Shown here: positions 25,851 through 37,406 of the stretch, piece after piece
Layout of the letters: each line of letters opens with the position of its first letter
Position numbering within the stretch: position 1 is the first letter of the stretch
Assembly (NCBI GenBank): GCA_964187785.1
Contig: OZ076409.1
Coordinates: 47,370,001-47,430,000 of the forward strand
DNA: 60,000 bases
Direction: 5' to 3'
Origin: Amphiscolops sp. MND2022
Taxonomy: Eukaryota
Translations under genes and position numbers: made by a program
The notes under the pieces: model-generated
What the model was told of the DNA's origin: nothing
The model's input: only the letters and a program-made list of their open reading frames with translations
Database searches by the model: none

Positions 25851-25930
25851 GTCGCATAGTTCAGGCGCTAGTGGTAAGATGCTTGCTTTTCAACCCAGAG
25901 GGTTCGTGTTCGAACCCGGCTATTTTTTTC
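25851..25930 (+). repeat. tRNA-like (A/B box) segment inside a dispersed repeat
   Basis: CTAGTGGTAAG...GTTCGAACCC followed by T7; no proper cloverleaf. Confidence 0.45.
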
Positions 25931-26442
25931 ACAAATAATGCGAAGAAGTTCACTTTTTCGGCACTATGAGACTCCCCCTTTTTTCCGGCTTTGTGAGACT
26001 TTTTCGAAACTTTTTCAAAATCTCCGAAGGGTTCCCGTTCAATTTTTGCTAATTCAGCATGTAAAAAGTTCAACCAATCTCGACTAGGGACTACCCCCAG
26101 CACTTCTGAACAAATTAAAGCAGTTAATTCAATTGATTATTCAAAATAAAAAAAACGAGACTTCTGTTGAAAAGATTTTCTTGAAATTTTCACTCTGATA
26201 TGCGATATTTTGATTCCTCGAATGAACACTGTATTTTCAATGATTTTTTAAATTCTTAGTTGTTGCTCTGTTTGAATGTTTCTAAATTTGAATCGTAACA
26301 TCTCCAGACACGCAAAAAACCTCGAAAATTGTGAGCTGATGTTCTTTTCCTTATCGTTCGATGTCCAATAAAAGATTGTTTGTTTCATTTTCGGTAGTTT
26401 TTTGAAAATTTGAAAAGCCCGACTTTTTGCTTGCTCATTTTA

Positions 26443-26552
26443 ATTATTTCTGCGATAGCAGGAATATTATTGAAATCTGAAGATGTCTACTTTTTTTATT
26501 ATTTCTGCGATAGCAGGAATGTTATTAAAATCTCAAGATGTCTGCTTTTTTT
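26443..26552. repeat. Tandem duplication of ~55 bp
   Basis: ATTATTTCTGCGATAGCAGGAAT...AAGATGTCT.CTTTTTTT occurs twice. Confidence 0.7.
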
Positions 26553-29016
26553 TCAGTAAAATTTTCGCACGATTACTGAATAATTCAGATAATTTGTTCG
26601 GCAGTGACTATAAGCGTGAGAATTAAATTTCTCAAGCTGTCGACGACATTTCAATTCTCGTGCGATGGAGCAAGTGGTAATTATGCATTCGTACGCCGAG
26701 TTTTTTGAGATGAAGCGAACGAGTGTTAATTATTCGTCCGCCGAGAGCTTCGCCTGCATTCAAATGCGAATGCGAAACTTTGTCTACGCTTAGTAGTTAT
26801 ATTTTTTTAAGTCCGAGAAGAATTAAAAGCGGTGTAAACTTGGATTACCTACCAAATAACATAAAAGTAAATAACCTAAAAACAAAATCAGTTTCAAATA
26901 ACATGGAAAAGAAATTAGTTTCAAATAACAACAAAAATAAAACCGAATACCCGGTTAAACAATTGAACTCACGAAATTTTATTTGTATTTTTTATGCTTT
27001 TTCCAGTGAATCTTTTGAATTGTGAATAATTTTGACCACTAAAACTTTCTCGTAAACAATTTTATTTTTATTTTTAGTGAAACTCATTTCATTTTTATCT
27101 TGTTTGAAACTAATTTTGTTTTTGTTATTTGCTCTTATAATTTGCTCTTGGTATTCCAGATATGATTCTATTATTAGCGAAAGATTAAAGCAGAAATAAT
27201 AGTGTGCCCCGGAGGGGCCTATTTTGTTCACTTTGTTCTTTTTGCTTTCTTGAAATGGTTTTTAAAAGCCTAGTTTTAGGACAGCAATTTTGCGAAAAAT
27301 TGTTTTTCTTCACCACATTTTGCTACTCTCCAGCTTAACGATGCTAGAAGAAAGCTGGAGAGTGCTTTCCAATTGGCTAAGGGGATAACGGGAGTTTCTC
27401 TATCGGCGATGAAGCCTGGGAAGCAAGAGAACTTTGGTTCGAGTCCCATGCTTTAACGCTTTCAATTTTTCAACGCTTTGAAAGGCATAGAGAAGATCAA
27501 AATCAAACCTTTTGAACGCGCGGTAAAGGTTCCCGAGCAGTGAGGTTTGTTTTTTTTTGAGTCTTTAAGTGAACTTTTTAGTTCCTTATTGGGTCTGCTG
27601 AGAGTTTTCTCGTAAGTTTTTCTTGAGTATATGGAAACGAGGTATGGGTTTTTCGACTGTCTTCTGTTTGTTTCCATTTTATTTCGACAAGAGGTTCGCT
27701 GTTTTTTTTTCAAACTTTTCAATTTATAGCCTGAAAGGTCCCCCTTGAGTTTTATGTCCTTGCACATTTTTTTGAAAACTGTTTGTCACCATAGAGTTAC
27801 CGTAAGTTCACAACCATCCTGTGTCGAGCTGCTGTACTTTTCCGAATTGAACTATGATAAAACCTTTTCCGGATTATTATGCCGATGAAGAAAACGCTAT
27901 ATCCGACTTGTTGACGTTATTACCAATTTATTTTGCCTTGACAGGAGTGAACTACCGATCGAATTCTTTGTTTTCAAATTTTCGCTTGTTTCCAAATTCA
28001 TTTATATTTGAACTGGTTGGGTACAGAACCGTTAAAATGCTCTGGGGTGGCTTTTGGAAAAAAAGAAACTCTCCTAAGTTTTTCAAATTACAGAAATATT
28101 CAAAGGGGCCACCTGTGGCCTTCAATATTGCTTTTTATTGAAAAAATCTAATACCCAAATTAATAGCCAAATTTTTTCTCGAGGAAAGTCCCATAGTGCC
28201 GATAAACCCAAAGATGGAACCCTTCAGGCTTAAGAAACTCTTTTTGGGAGTTGAAATGGGAGACCAACCGCAGGGGCACCCGCTGGTGAAATGAACAAAT
28301 TTTCAAAAGTCGCAGTACCAAAACACTCAAACAGACACGTCAAGGGTTTGCAAACAAAGATATTTAGTCATACGCAGACTTCGAACCGGCGGTCGTCTGC
28401 TTGGGAAGAGCTGCTTGAATAAAAACTGTTGAAAAGTGGACCAAAGTGGTTGCATACTTACTGTGGTCTCACGAAAAAAAAACGTCACTAATAGTCGGAC
28501 ACATTGCGCTGACTAAAAAACGTAACTGTGATGGAAATTCTAAGATGCTCAAAGCATTAAGTTGGAAAGATACGAACATGTGATAACGGTCAACTTAAAC
28601 CGCAACTCCCCCCACCGAAACTACCCCCCCCCACACACACACACATACGTTATTTTCTTCGAAAACAGTATTGTATTAGCTCAGTTTGAAAACAGATACA
28701 GAAGGTGAACACTGGTCAGATCACGACACAACTACTTTTGCTCCGCTACAGTCCGTTGTTGAGCATCGCGTGTTGGATACTCGCGTGCAGAGAAAAATCA
28801 CTGACTTTTTCCGATTACCAGAAAACTCAACACAAGAAAACTCAACACAGAAAACTCAACGCAAGAAAACTCAACACACGAAAACTCAACACAGAAAAAT
28901 CAACACATTTTAAGCCTTCAATAATCGTGATATATATTATACATGTATATTCCTTGTTAGTACTGCTGATAATTTATGCATTTGACACAATTTTTCTAGA
29001 ATGTTTGTGTTTGCGT

Positions 29017-29391
29017 TTAGACTTTTTCTATCGCTTTGTTCCATGGCTTCTTGTTGTAAAGCGTCTTCTTCAAATGATCTGGAGCTGGCATTTTAGATAT
29101 TGTTTCATCTTGTAAATCCATCAAAAATTTTCCCATTATTTGACCAGGGAACTCATTTGGCATTGATTTGGCATATTCTTTCATTCTTGAATAGGAATGG
29201 TTGTGGATGTATTTTGATCTAAGCAAAATATCGCCTTTCGTCTGAATTGTTGCTGGGCATTTCTTTTTGAAGTATTCCTTACATCGCCAATCTTGCTTCT
29301 CAATTGAGGATCGATGCAAATTATAAATATAACCAAGTCTGATAGCAATTGGTTTGTTGCGTTGGCTATTGGAAAATTCAACTATATCCAT
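29017..29391 (-). CDS. FLYWCH zinc-finger N-terminus of a MULE transposase, truncated
   Basis: S.RNKP....GYIY...WRC......CPA...HNH pattern. Confidence 0.8.
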   Translation of the reverse strand: MDIVEFSNSQRNKPIAIRLGYIYNLHRSSIEKQDWRCKEYFKKKCPATIQTKGDILLRSKYIHNHSYSRMKEYAKSMPNEFPGQIMGKFLMDLQDETISKMPAPDHLKKTLYNKKPWNKAIEKV

Positions 29392-29462
29392 TGGAAATTA
29401 AAGTACAGGCATGTTGCTGAGCGTGTATTGTGCTGAGAAATGATGAATTTCATGTGTGTTTG

Positions 29463-31092
29463 TGTCGTGATTTTGTTCACTATTCACAGAGTCTACTGAA
29501 CTCTGTCTCGACGTTAGTCTATTGTTTTCCTGCATAAAACACTTTCTAGGGCGATTTTCCCATGATTTCTGAGCGTTTTCAACTTCGGAGTTCCATTGTA
29601 GCCCACTGGACCTTCGGTCTCCCGTGGTGAAATTAGTTGATTTTGAACTATCATGTAGCCCAATGGACCCTCGGTCCACCATGGTGTGATTTACTCTGTC
29701 CTGCATTTCCAGCGTATTTTGGATGGAAGGAAGTATTTTCTCAGTGATTGCGCTACTAATAGCGTCTTGTATTTGAATATTCAAGCTACTTTTGATCTCA
29801 TTTAGTTTCCTTGACATTTGATTAGAAATCTCTTCATTAATCATTCTAGTGGTCTCAATAGTAATTTCACTATTCTCCCTGTTATTTGTATTGAGTAAAG
29901 ACCTAAAGTCCTCCCCAATTACATTCGAACTTTGCTGTGGTCTATTGGACCCTGAGTCCAAATTTATTCCATTTTCACTAATATCATTTTCCTCATCGTC
30001 CCTGGAGTAGCTTCCAAGCATTATATCTACACTTTCCACGTCGGACATCATGTCCAATTGTCTAGAGCGTCGCTCTTTAGCCTTTTGCTTCCTAGTTGAA
30101 GGCATCGAAGAATCAATTTAATCAACAATGAATTGATTAAAAAGTTATTCAAACAGATTTCAACAAGTAAAAAGACGAAACAATTTATGAAAGAGTTGTG
30201 AACGTAGTGTCAGGTATCGCAAATTATTATTAAATCATCCTCGGGACTTGGCGTCCCGGCTATTTATATTTTCCACTGCATGACAAGCACAATTTATCTG
30301 GTCATTGTTCTAAATTTAGCCCCTAAGTGGGCTAAAAACAGCCTTGAAGGAGATGACATCACTATTACCACACTTTCAAGTAACTATAAATAGCAACAGT
30401 TCATATCAAAGCAAAAGGTGTGGGGGTTTCAAAGTTTTACCAGAGGGCCTTTCAGCATCAAAGAATATCTACATGTGCATCACAATATCATCATGATTGC
30501 ATGGAGGATATAATAAACAGCTAATCGCGTTAATAATACCAAGGCGGACTTAAAGTCCGCATAGCTACAGCACAGTGACGTCATAGTCATAGTATATGAA
30601 TAACACCATGGCGGACTCAAGGTCCGTTTGACTACAGTAATATTATACTGCCTTCTGATTGGCTATGAGTGGTATAGACAGCGCGTACAATCTAGCAAAG
30701 GAAACAAACATTTGAACTCGTTTCCTTTGCTACGTACAATTGCTAATTACCAATTTTACAGCGTTTGAATTTATTCAATTTGCCATTGCTTTTACATTGA
30801 TTAACTAACAGTCCTAGGTAATACAAACAATAAACAGATAAAAATTATACTCCAAAATATGGTTAATATCCGTATAAGAGTGAGTTCAAGCTTGAAACAT
30901 TTATTGTAGGCAAATCGACTGACGGTCCTCTATGGTGTAATTTGCATCTTCTTTGTCATACGTCGTATTGGTACTTCTTAAGTCACTCAGGCCTTCTTGA
31001 TTAGATTGGTAGTACTCCTGGGGGCGGATTTGACACGTTATTTCCCTCTGGGATTTGATACAGAATGCCGTCACAGGCGGCAGCCTGTGACA
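29463..31092 (-). repeat. 3' LTR of element C (1630 bp), including a truncated Gag copy (ORF 29398-30105)
   Basis: Direct repeat of 43444-45074; TGTC...GACA ends. Confidence 0.97.
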
Positions 31093-31821
31093 CTCCCCCT
31101 GGGATTAAAATTACACTACCTGCACTCATACCTGCTAAGAAAGCATTTCGTCGTCTAATACGTTGTGCGTAGGTTTCTCCAGGGATGTGGGTTTGTTCCA
31201 AGTATACAAGTGTGATCTCCTCTTGTATAGTTGCGAACGATTTGCCACACACTGTACAATGGCCCCGTTGGATGTAATTCGGCTCTCCACAAGACCCACC
31301 TGTGCTAATTGCCAGTCCAGTGATGTGTTGATTGGTGATCCACGAATCAACTTGTTCTGGCCCTTCAGCCCACTGGTCATTTCTAATATTCTGCGATGGC
31401 CCTTGATCAACCAATGGGGGTGACATCGGTGAATATGGTATTGGCTCCAATTGGCCATACGGTGATTCGGGTCATTTGCACGGTAAGATTGAGTAGGGCG
31501 GCTTCCAACAAGCCAGTCAACCAGGCTGTCTGACGGGTCGAATTTTGAGTCTAACGATCCCGACGGGCCACAAAAATATTGTATCTCGTCATCAGTGTGA
31601 GCGTCGTGATCAAAAGTCATTGCTCTACCTCCGGCTAATTGCGGTGGATAGACAGGGGTCTCCCTGTAACAGGCGATTACTTCTATATCGCTGTCCGCAT
31701 CCTGATCTTGTTCTATAGCCGTCACGGAAGCTGAGTCAATTTCCATATCCTCTTCTGAGGATTCGTAGAGTGCACTGACCAAGGGTCTGATAAATTCTTC
31801 AACGTCGAATTGTAGAGACAT
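31001..31821 (-). pseudogene. Sense accessory ORF of element C (~273 aa; one frameshift near 31455), ending inside U3
   Basis: Joining ORFs 31135-31920 and 31001-31450 gives a protein colinear with 4642-5417. Confidence 0.8.
31093..31100 (-). promoter_or_regulatory. Short polypurine tract
   Basis: AGGGGGAG directly before the 3' LTR TGTCACA. Confidence 0.7.
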
Positions 31822-32968
31822 TTCGCTATGGAATCGTGATAAGAAGATTTTCTTAGCAATGATTGCAATGTCAACTTGATTGTTGCTTGAAAAATGGGTA
31901 GAATGGCTTTTTCTGGCCAAGTGGACCTTGGGTCTTTCTTGATTTTGCGGGAAGCCTTTTCGCGGGAAATCATAGTAGATAGTTTCCCCCGAATTTTCCT
32001 AATTCTCCTTTTAAGTAAATCTATGATATTAGGTAAACTTTTATAAATAGGTTGTAACACCTCTTAATAGGTTTTTGAGGGTCACTCAGTTTATTTGTTC
32101 AGTAGCTAGTGAGTAGCTGATCATCAATGAAAGTGTTGACTAGTTATAATTGCTGGTAAACAATAACACCATCAAAGACCACCGGTCTGTGTGACTACAC
32201 TCAATGTTCTGACCAATGAGACAACAGCGATAAATAAATGAATGAAGCCTCCAAGAAAATAAGTAATGGTGACGGAATTGAATAATTGATGCTCTAATAG
32301 GTGAAATGAAGGGTTTAGATTGCGAAATGAAAACTAACTTCACGCATGTCACTGGCAGGTAACAAACATGAAATATTAGAATTGGATAATGATAGTAGTG
32401 ATTAATATTACGTATTTTCAGCATGAGCCACGACCTCCAGGCTAAATAATCTTTCTCAATCATGTATTCGTTTTAAGGTAGTTTAAAGTAAAGTCTCAAA
32501 GTCTGGAGTAAATCGGATAAATGGTGGCTAAATAATTATATAACAGTGTTTGTAGTACTGTTCGCTTCCTTCTTCTATCACATCAGCCACAGTTTCACTT
32601 TGCCTATTCGCGTCTCATTAAAAGACAATCTTGTGCTAATCAACTGGTCTTGCTCTTGCACCTGACTCTATTGGATTATCCACGATCGCCCTCCGGTCCA
32701 AACGGCCACAGTCTGAGGTAAACTCAATTGGAGTCCCAGGAGCCTAACTGTTGCAGAATTTAGCTGTAGATCCAGTTTTGACGACGTCAACACACGAATT
32801 CTGTCTTCCAAATGGAAATGACATCAGGTTGGTTCTTTTAATTTAAATCTTCAGCATAAACTTGATCAAGGTCTAGCTTTGATTTGTGACACTTCCTCCA
32901 TCGTGAAATGATTTCATATTAAATCATTGATTCTATCTTACTTCCGGAAGGTTTTCAAACGCGGCAAA

Positions 32969-35900
32969 ATGGATTCATATTCTGGAAGTGAACCGTGCAA
33001 ATTCATATCTTTCCATTTAGGTAAAGAGAACATCGGCCAACCCCAACAAACGTCTTGTGAGCCTGAACCAATAACTATTCCCGAACAATTGGCCAGTAAT
33101 GAAACCCTAGCAATCGAGTCACCCAGACTTAGCATAAGTCCAGCCACAGAAGTGGACCAAGAGGTCACGCAGCCACAACACTCTCCAGGACCTTCAATGA
33201 TCTCCCGACTTTTTGGCACCGACAGTAGTGGGTCAAACGAGAGTTGAGTTGCGACACGTACATTACTTGCAAGCTTAACCAGTTAGCTGAGAAGATTGCC
33301 TTGGAAACGTCCGAAGTTACTGGGTTTATTCAGAAAGAAAGCATCAGTGAAGCTATAGCACTCACTCCTAGCGTCCAACATTACGAGTATTTCCAACTTG
33401 ATAGGAGTTCTTGCCCCCAAGTCACCTTTCTGGATTCTCCAAAAGAAGCTGGAACCAGCGGTTGTCCGGAACCAGAAGCGTCAGCAGCAAAGAAGCCGAG
33501 AATGACACCGCCTCAGAATAGCTCGACTGGGACCGAAATGCCAGCTGATCCGCCTGCTGCCGTCACCGCTACTAGGGGGCAAACTGCCTCTGACAGTGAG
33601 GGCGAACAAATTGAATTTGAACCTCCTTTCGCCAATTATAGCAGTTCAGAGATTTGCCACCTTAGTGATCATGAGTCAGACCGATATGTCGGGTCAACAT
33701 TAGCTGAGGCGTTAAACCCGCCTGCTCAGTTTTCTCTGTTGGTTGCTAGCGATCAGTCTAGTGACGTTGCTACAGTCAAGACTCCCGAAGAGCCTAAAGT
33801 CCGCCCCTTAGGTGGAAGTAGCAGAGCCCTGATTAAAGAATACTTTGGCAATAATGAACCTGAAAGACTCCCACCAGGCCATCCCGTTATTGCCTTCACA
33901 GAGGGACAATTGGGCAGTGTCCTTAGAGTCGTTGCTGATGAAACTGCTCGGGCATCGTACGATATGCTTGAAAACTTATAGTACAGTGCTAGTCGCCTCT
34001 CTTTGTCAACTAAGGCAGGTGCTGACTCAGGCAAGGGCAGAATTTCTTCCAGACAATGATCTTCAGTCGACTCCTCACGTAGTCGGCGGGCTAGTTCAAT
34101 TACCGACAAAGGCAGCGACACCAGTGGGGTACTAAGGAGTGACGACAATTTTAGTAGCATCGGCTATTCATTTGAGCACTCTGAACCCGAGCACATAGCT
34201 GCTGCACCTCGGCCAACTCAGCCCTCCTCTAGCCGTAATGACCCTGGGTCCCCTATGGTCACTTTCAGTGCTGATAGTCCAGGAATTCAAACTCTGGCTG
34301 AGTTGAAGAAAGAGGCGGTACACGACCGACAGCAAAAGACCAGGAATGAGAAGGGACGCTACATAGCCTCTTCAAAAGGTACTCCCAGAGCTAAGCGGGG
34401 TGTGTCCAGATCCTGCAAGATAATGAAGGAAGCCTATTTTAAAGGCATGGAATGGACACGAACTTTCATCTCGGGACCAGTCGACCCCAAGTGGAACAAG
34501 TATAAATTTTATTGCCAGATTTGCAAGGCAAATTTATCTATCTACTCAAAAGGGGCCCGAGAAATTCTCAGACACCATTCGACAGAGAAACATCTACCCA
34601 AGGATCAACGTTGGAGATATGAATATCTTTACAAAGTTGACCCTGTAACCAAGGCGCGTTACCCTCAAGTCCGCGGGAAAGACGGCAAGTTTTTATCTCC
34701 TTACCAACTTGCTCTCGAGTTGCCCAAGTTTAAAGATGTCGAGCTGGTTGACATAGGTGAGAAGTTGCCCTTTTATGAAGAAGTTATGTCGGGAGCAGAC
34801 CATATGTCCTCCAGTTCAGAGAGCCGGGACGAATTCAGATTTCCGTATTGTGTCGATTTCTTCCCCGGTATGGCGACATTGAGTTACTTCGTCACTTCTG
34901 GCGAGACGTTGGCGTGATCGTAAATCACCAGTCCCTTTCACGGACTTCAACTGGACCAAGGAACGGCTCACCGTAAGTATGCACTTTGGCTACTCTAAGT
35001 GTCTTAACAGCCATTCATTTGATTTGTTTCAATCCTGTTCTCCTTTTGATTTGCTCGAGTAGACTTAAGGTCCGCCAGCCTACAACACAGTCCTTCATTG
35101 GCTGCTTTGTTTTACAGCTCATATTTCACCATATGTTCCTTGAGCTCGTAAAAGATATTGGCCACCACGTGGTTTCAACGGGAGAGTATGGGCTCGAATT
35201 CGCGAATGATGGGGCCTTTCTTCTTGTGTTCATCCGATTCTGGCATGAAGACCAACTTTGTCGAGTTTTCTTGAAGAGGACCGGAAGGACCCAAGGCCAG
35301 AACCCATCTGAGCTCACTCTCGTGGCGCACGTGATGGGTGCTCTCTCCACTGAACCACACATTGTCAGTGTTACCGGGAGCAAGGTCCAGACAGTACAAC
35401 AACTCGATTATAGTTGCTATAGCAACTACGCAGTCCAGAGTCCCCCTCGTTTTGAAGAGCTTCAGCTGAGGGCGTTAATGCACAAGAAGAGCTCTAGTGT
35501 GTTTGGCGAGATCGACTTCTTCGGCGTCCTACAATACTTGGTGGTCTCACTTGGGCCAAGCCTCGAACTGGACTGGGTACTGCTCTCACCTGAATTGTCC
35601 AAGGTAAGCATCATTTCCCTTGTCCTGCAATTCCTTAGTGGGGAGAGACGATGTATATACGCACACACACACATACATATACATTCACATCATTTTCTAG
35701 GCAATTCGGACGTGCCAGCTTGAGATGACTGGATTATCCCCATTGTGCCAAGAGTTACTCAAGCAATGGCCAAAGGTGACAGCCTACCTCAGCGAACACA
35801 CTGTTTCCCAACAAATGCAGGATGTGAGAAACCTTTTTACTAATTCCTTTTACTTTATTCTTGGTTATAAGTTGCTTTAAGAATTTCCCAATTCTGTGGT

Positions 35901-37242
35901 CCAATGGACGTTCGGTCTCGTGTGGCTTCTGATCTTGTAAACGTTGATTGCATCATGTTGGCCGCTACGAGTTCTTAATCATGATGATTTTCCTTTGTTT
36001 TATGGCGATTTCGTGTTATTTCAGTCCCAAGGTCTCGAATGGTCTCTGTTGTATGATCCTCTCTTCCCATCGCGACTAGAGGTCTTTCAGCGGTTGGTTC
36101 GGGACTACACTTCTAGTTTTACTCTAAATTTAAAGCAAAGGCGAGACAGAGGCTTCCATGTGTTCCGGGAACTCATCCAGTTCCTTTTCAAATTGGGCCG
36201 ACGCTGCATCCGACCAGCTAATTTACCCATTGAGAGTGATATGCTGAGCATTTTGTGTCTGCCGATACCAGACGTCAAGGCCTTGAGTATCAGCGGTTTC
36301 CTCTCAAGATCAAAATTAGAGACCAGACTCGAAACGGCTTGTAAAGTCCAAGCAGAGGCTGAGAAAGGAGAACGCAAGAATGAAGGATTGAAGCTGGAAG
36401 AGGTCGCCTCTGAAATCAAAGAAGAGTTCGGACGGAGTGCCCGTTCCTATGTTAGCTTCCTGTTTAAAGGGACACAGCGGCTCACTCGATTCACCTCCGA
36501 TATAGTCAAAGGTCTAGGATCTTTTGACCTCGCGATAATGCTGGTTGAGCCGCTGGAGAATGCAGCGTATTGCTTCAAGCAGCTCTTCACGAGTTTTCGA
36601 CTCCGCGCATTATTGCAGCCAGAGGAAGAAACAGTTTATACAGAAGAGTATATGTCTTTCCTGGACATACTTCGCCAATCTCACCCGGGCGTGCAACAGC
36701 CGAAGCTTTTGATTGCGGACACCATTGAATTTGTTTGTGGGCAAGATTCCTTCAAGTCCAGGCTGTACCTGCGTCGTATATTTCGGCTAAGTTGTTTGTG
36801 TCTGGATGAACCCCGCATGTCATTCCCTCTGGTGAAGTTTGGTTCTCATCGGACTGACGACCCTCTAAGTCCTATTTTCGATGTTATTGCGCCCATACAA
36901 TCGTATCTTGACAATGTGCCCCAAGGTCTGGATGTCCTCACTAGCGATTCTTCCATAACGCGGTTCGTAGGATTAGAGCAGTCTTTTGGTAATGCCGGGC
37001 TTAGTGATGTGTACAGCCCCTGGGATTCGATCGATCATTTTGGGAGAGTCCAAATTAGAGAAGCTCTAGGTACTAGCAGTTCCGGACAGACGACAACCTC
37101 CAGCGTTGATGGGACTGCTGAGGGCACTGGTTTGAAGCCTTTCGCTGTCCCAAAGTCTTACAAACGCCGCAGTCTTCTACTGACTGGGAAAGAACTGGCG
37201 GATTCCGCTTCACGTCTTGTCGCTAGATGCAGTAAGGATTAA
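32969..37242 (+). pseudogene. Antisense spliced gene for a BED-finger, hAT-transposase-like protein; exons ~32969-34972, 35118-35603, 35701-35823, 36025-37242
   Basis: FYCQIC...RHHSTEKH; three phase-0 GT-AG introns; a few stops and frameshifts (~33240, 33979, ~34058, ~34830-34940). Confidence 0.85.
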
Positions 37243-37406
37243 GTGTACCATATGTACAAATGTATGCTAGTCTTTGCTTCTCATGTATAAACTTTATCTT
37301 AATTTGCTTGTTTTATTGTTATTTTAGTCCAGTTTGTTGTTAGTTTCTTAGTCAAAATCAGTCTTTCAGTTGATATTGTTGGAATGGACAGAAATTTACT
37401 ATTTGT

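Noticed and set aside
28821..28910. Short repeat array resembling CRISPR or a satellite
   Set aside because: No spacers; it is the subterminal array of a DNA transposon with an inverted partner near 45200-45300
29463..31092. Second gag gene or segmental duplication
   Set aside because: TG...CA ends, TSD, PBS and PPT show it is the 3' LTR
32969..37242. Accessory region as env or as a nested autonomous hAT element
   Set aside because: Antisense, no signal peptide or TM, no TIR/8-bp TSD seen, catalytic residues not evident, and same position in a divergent relative
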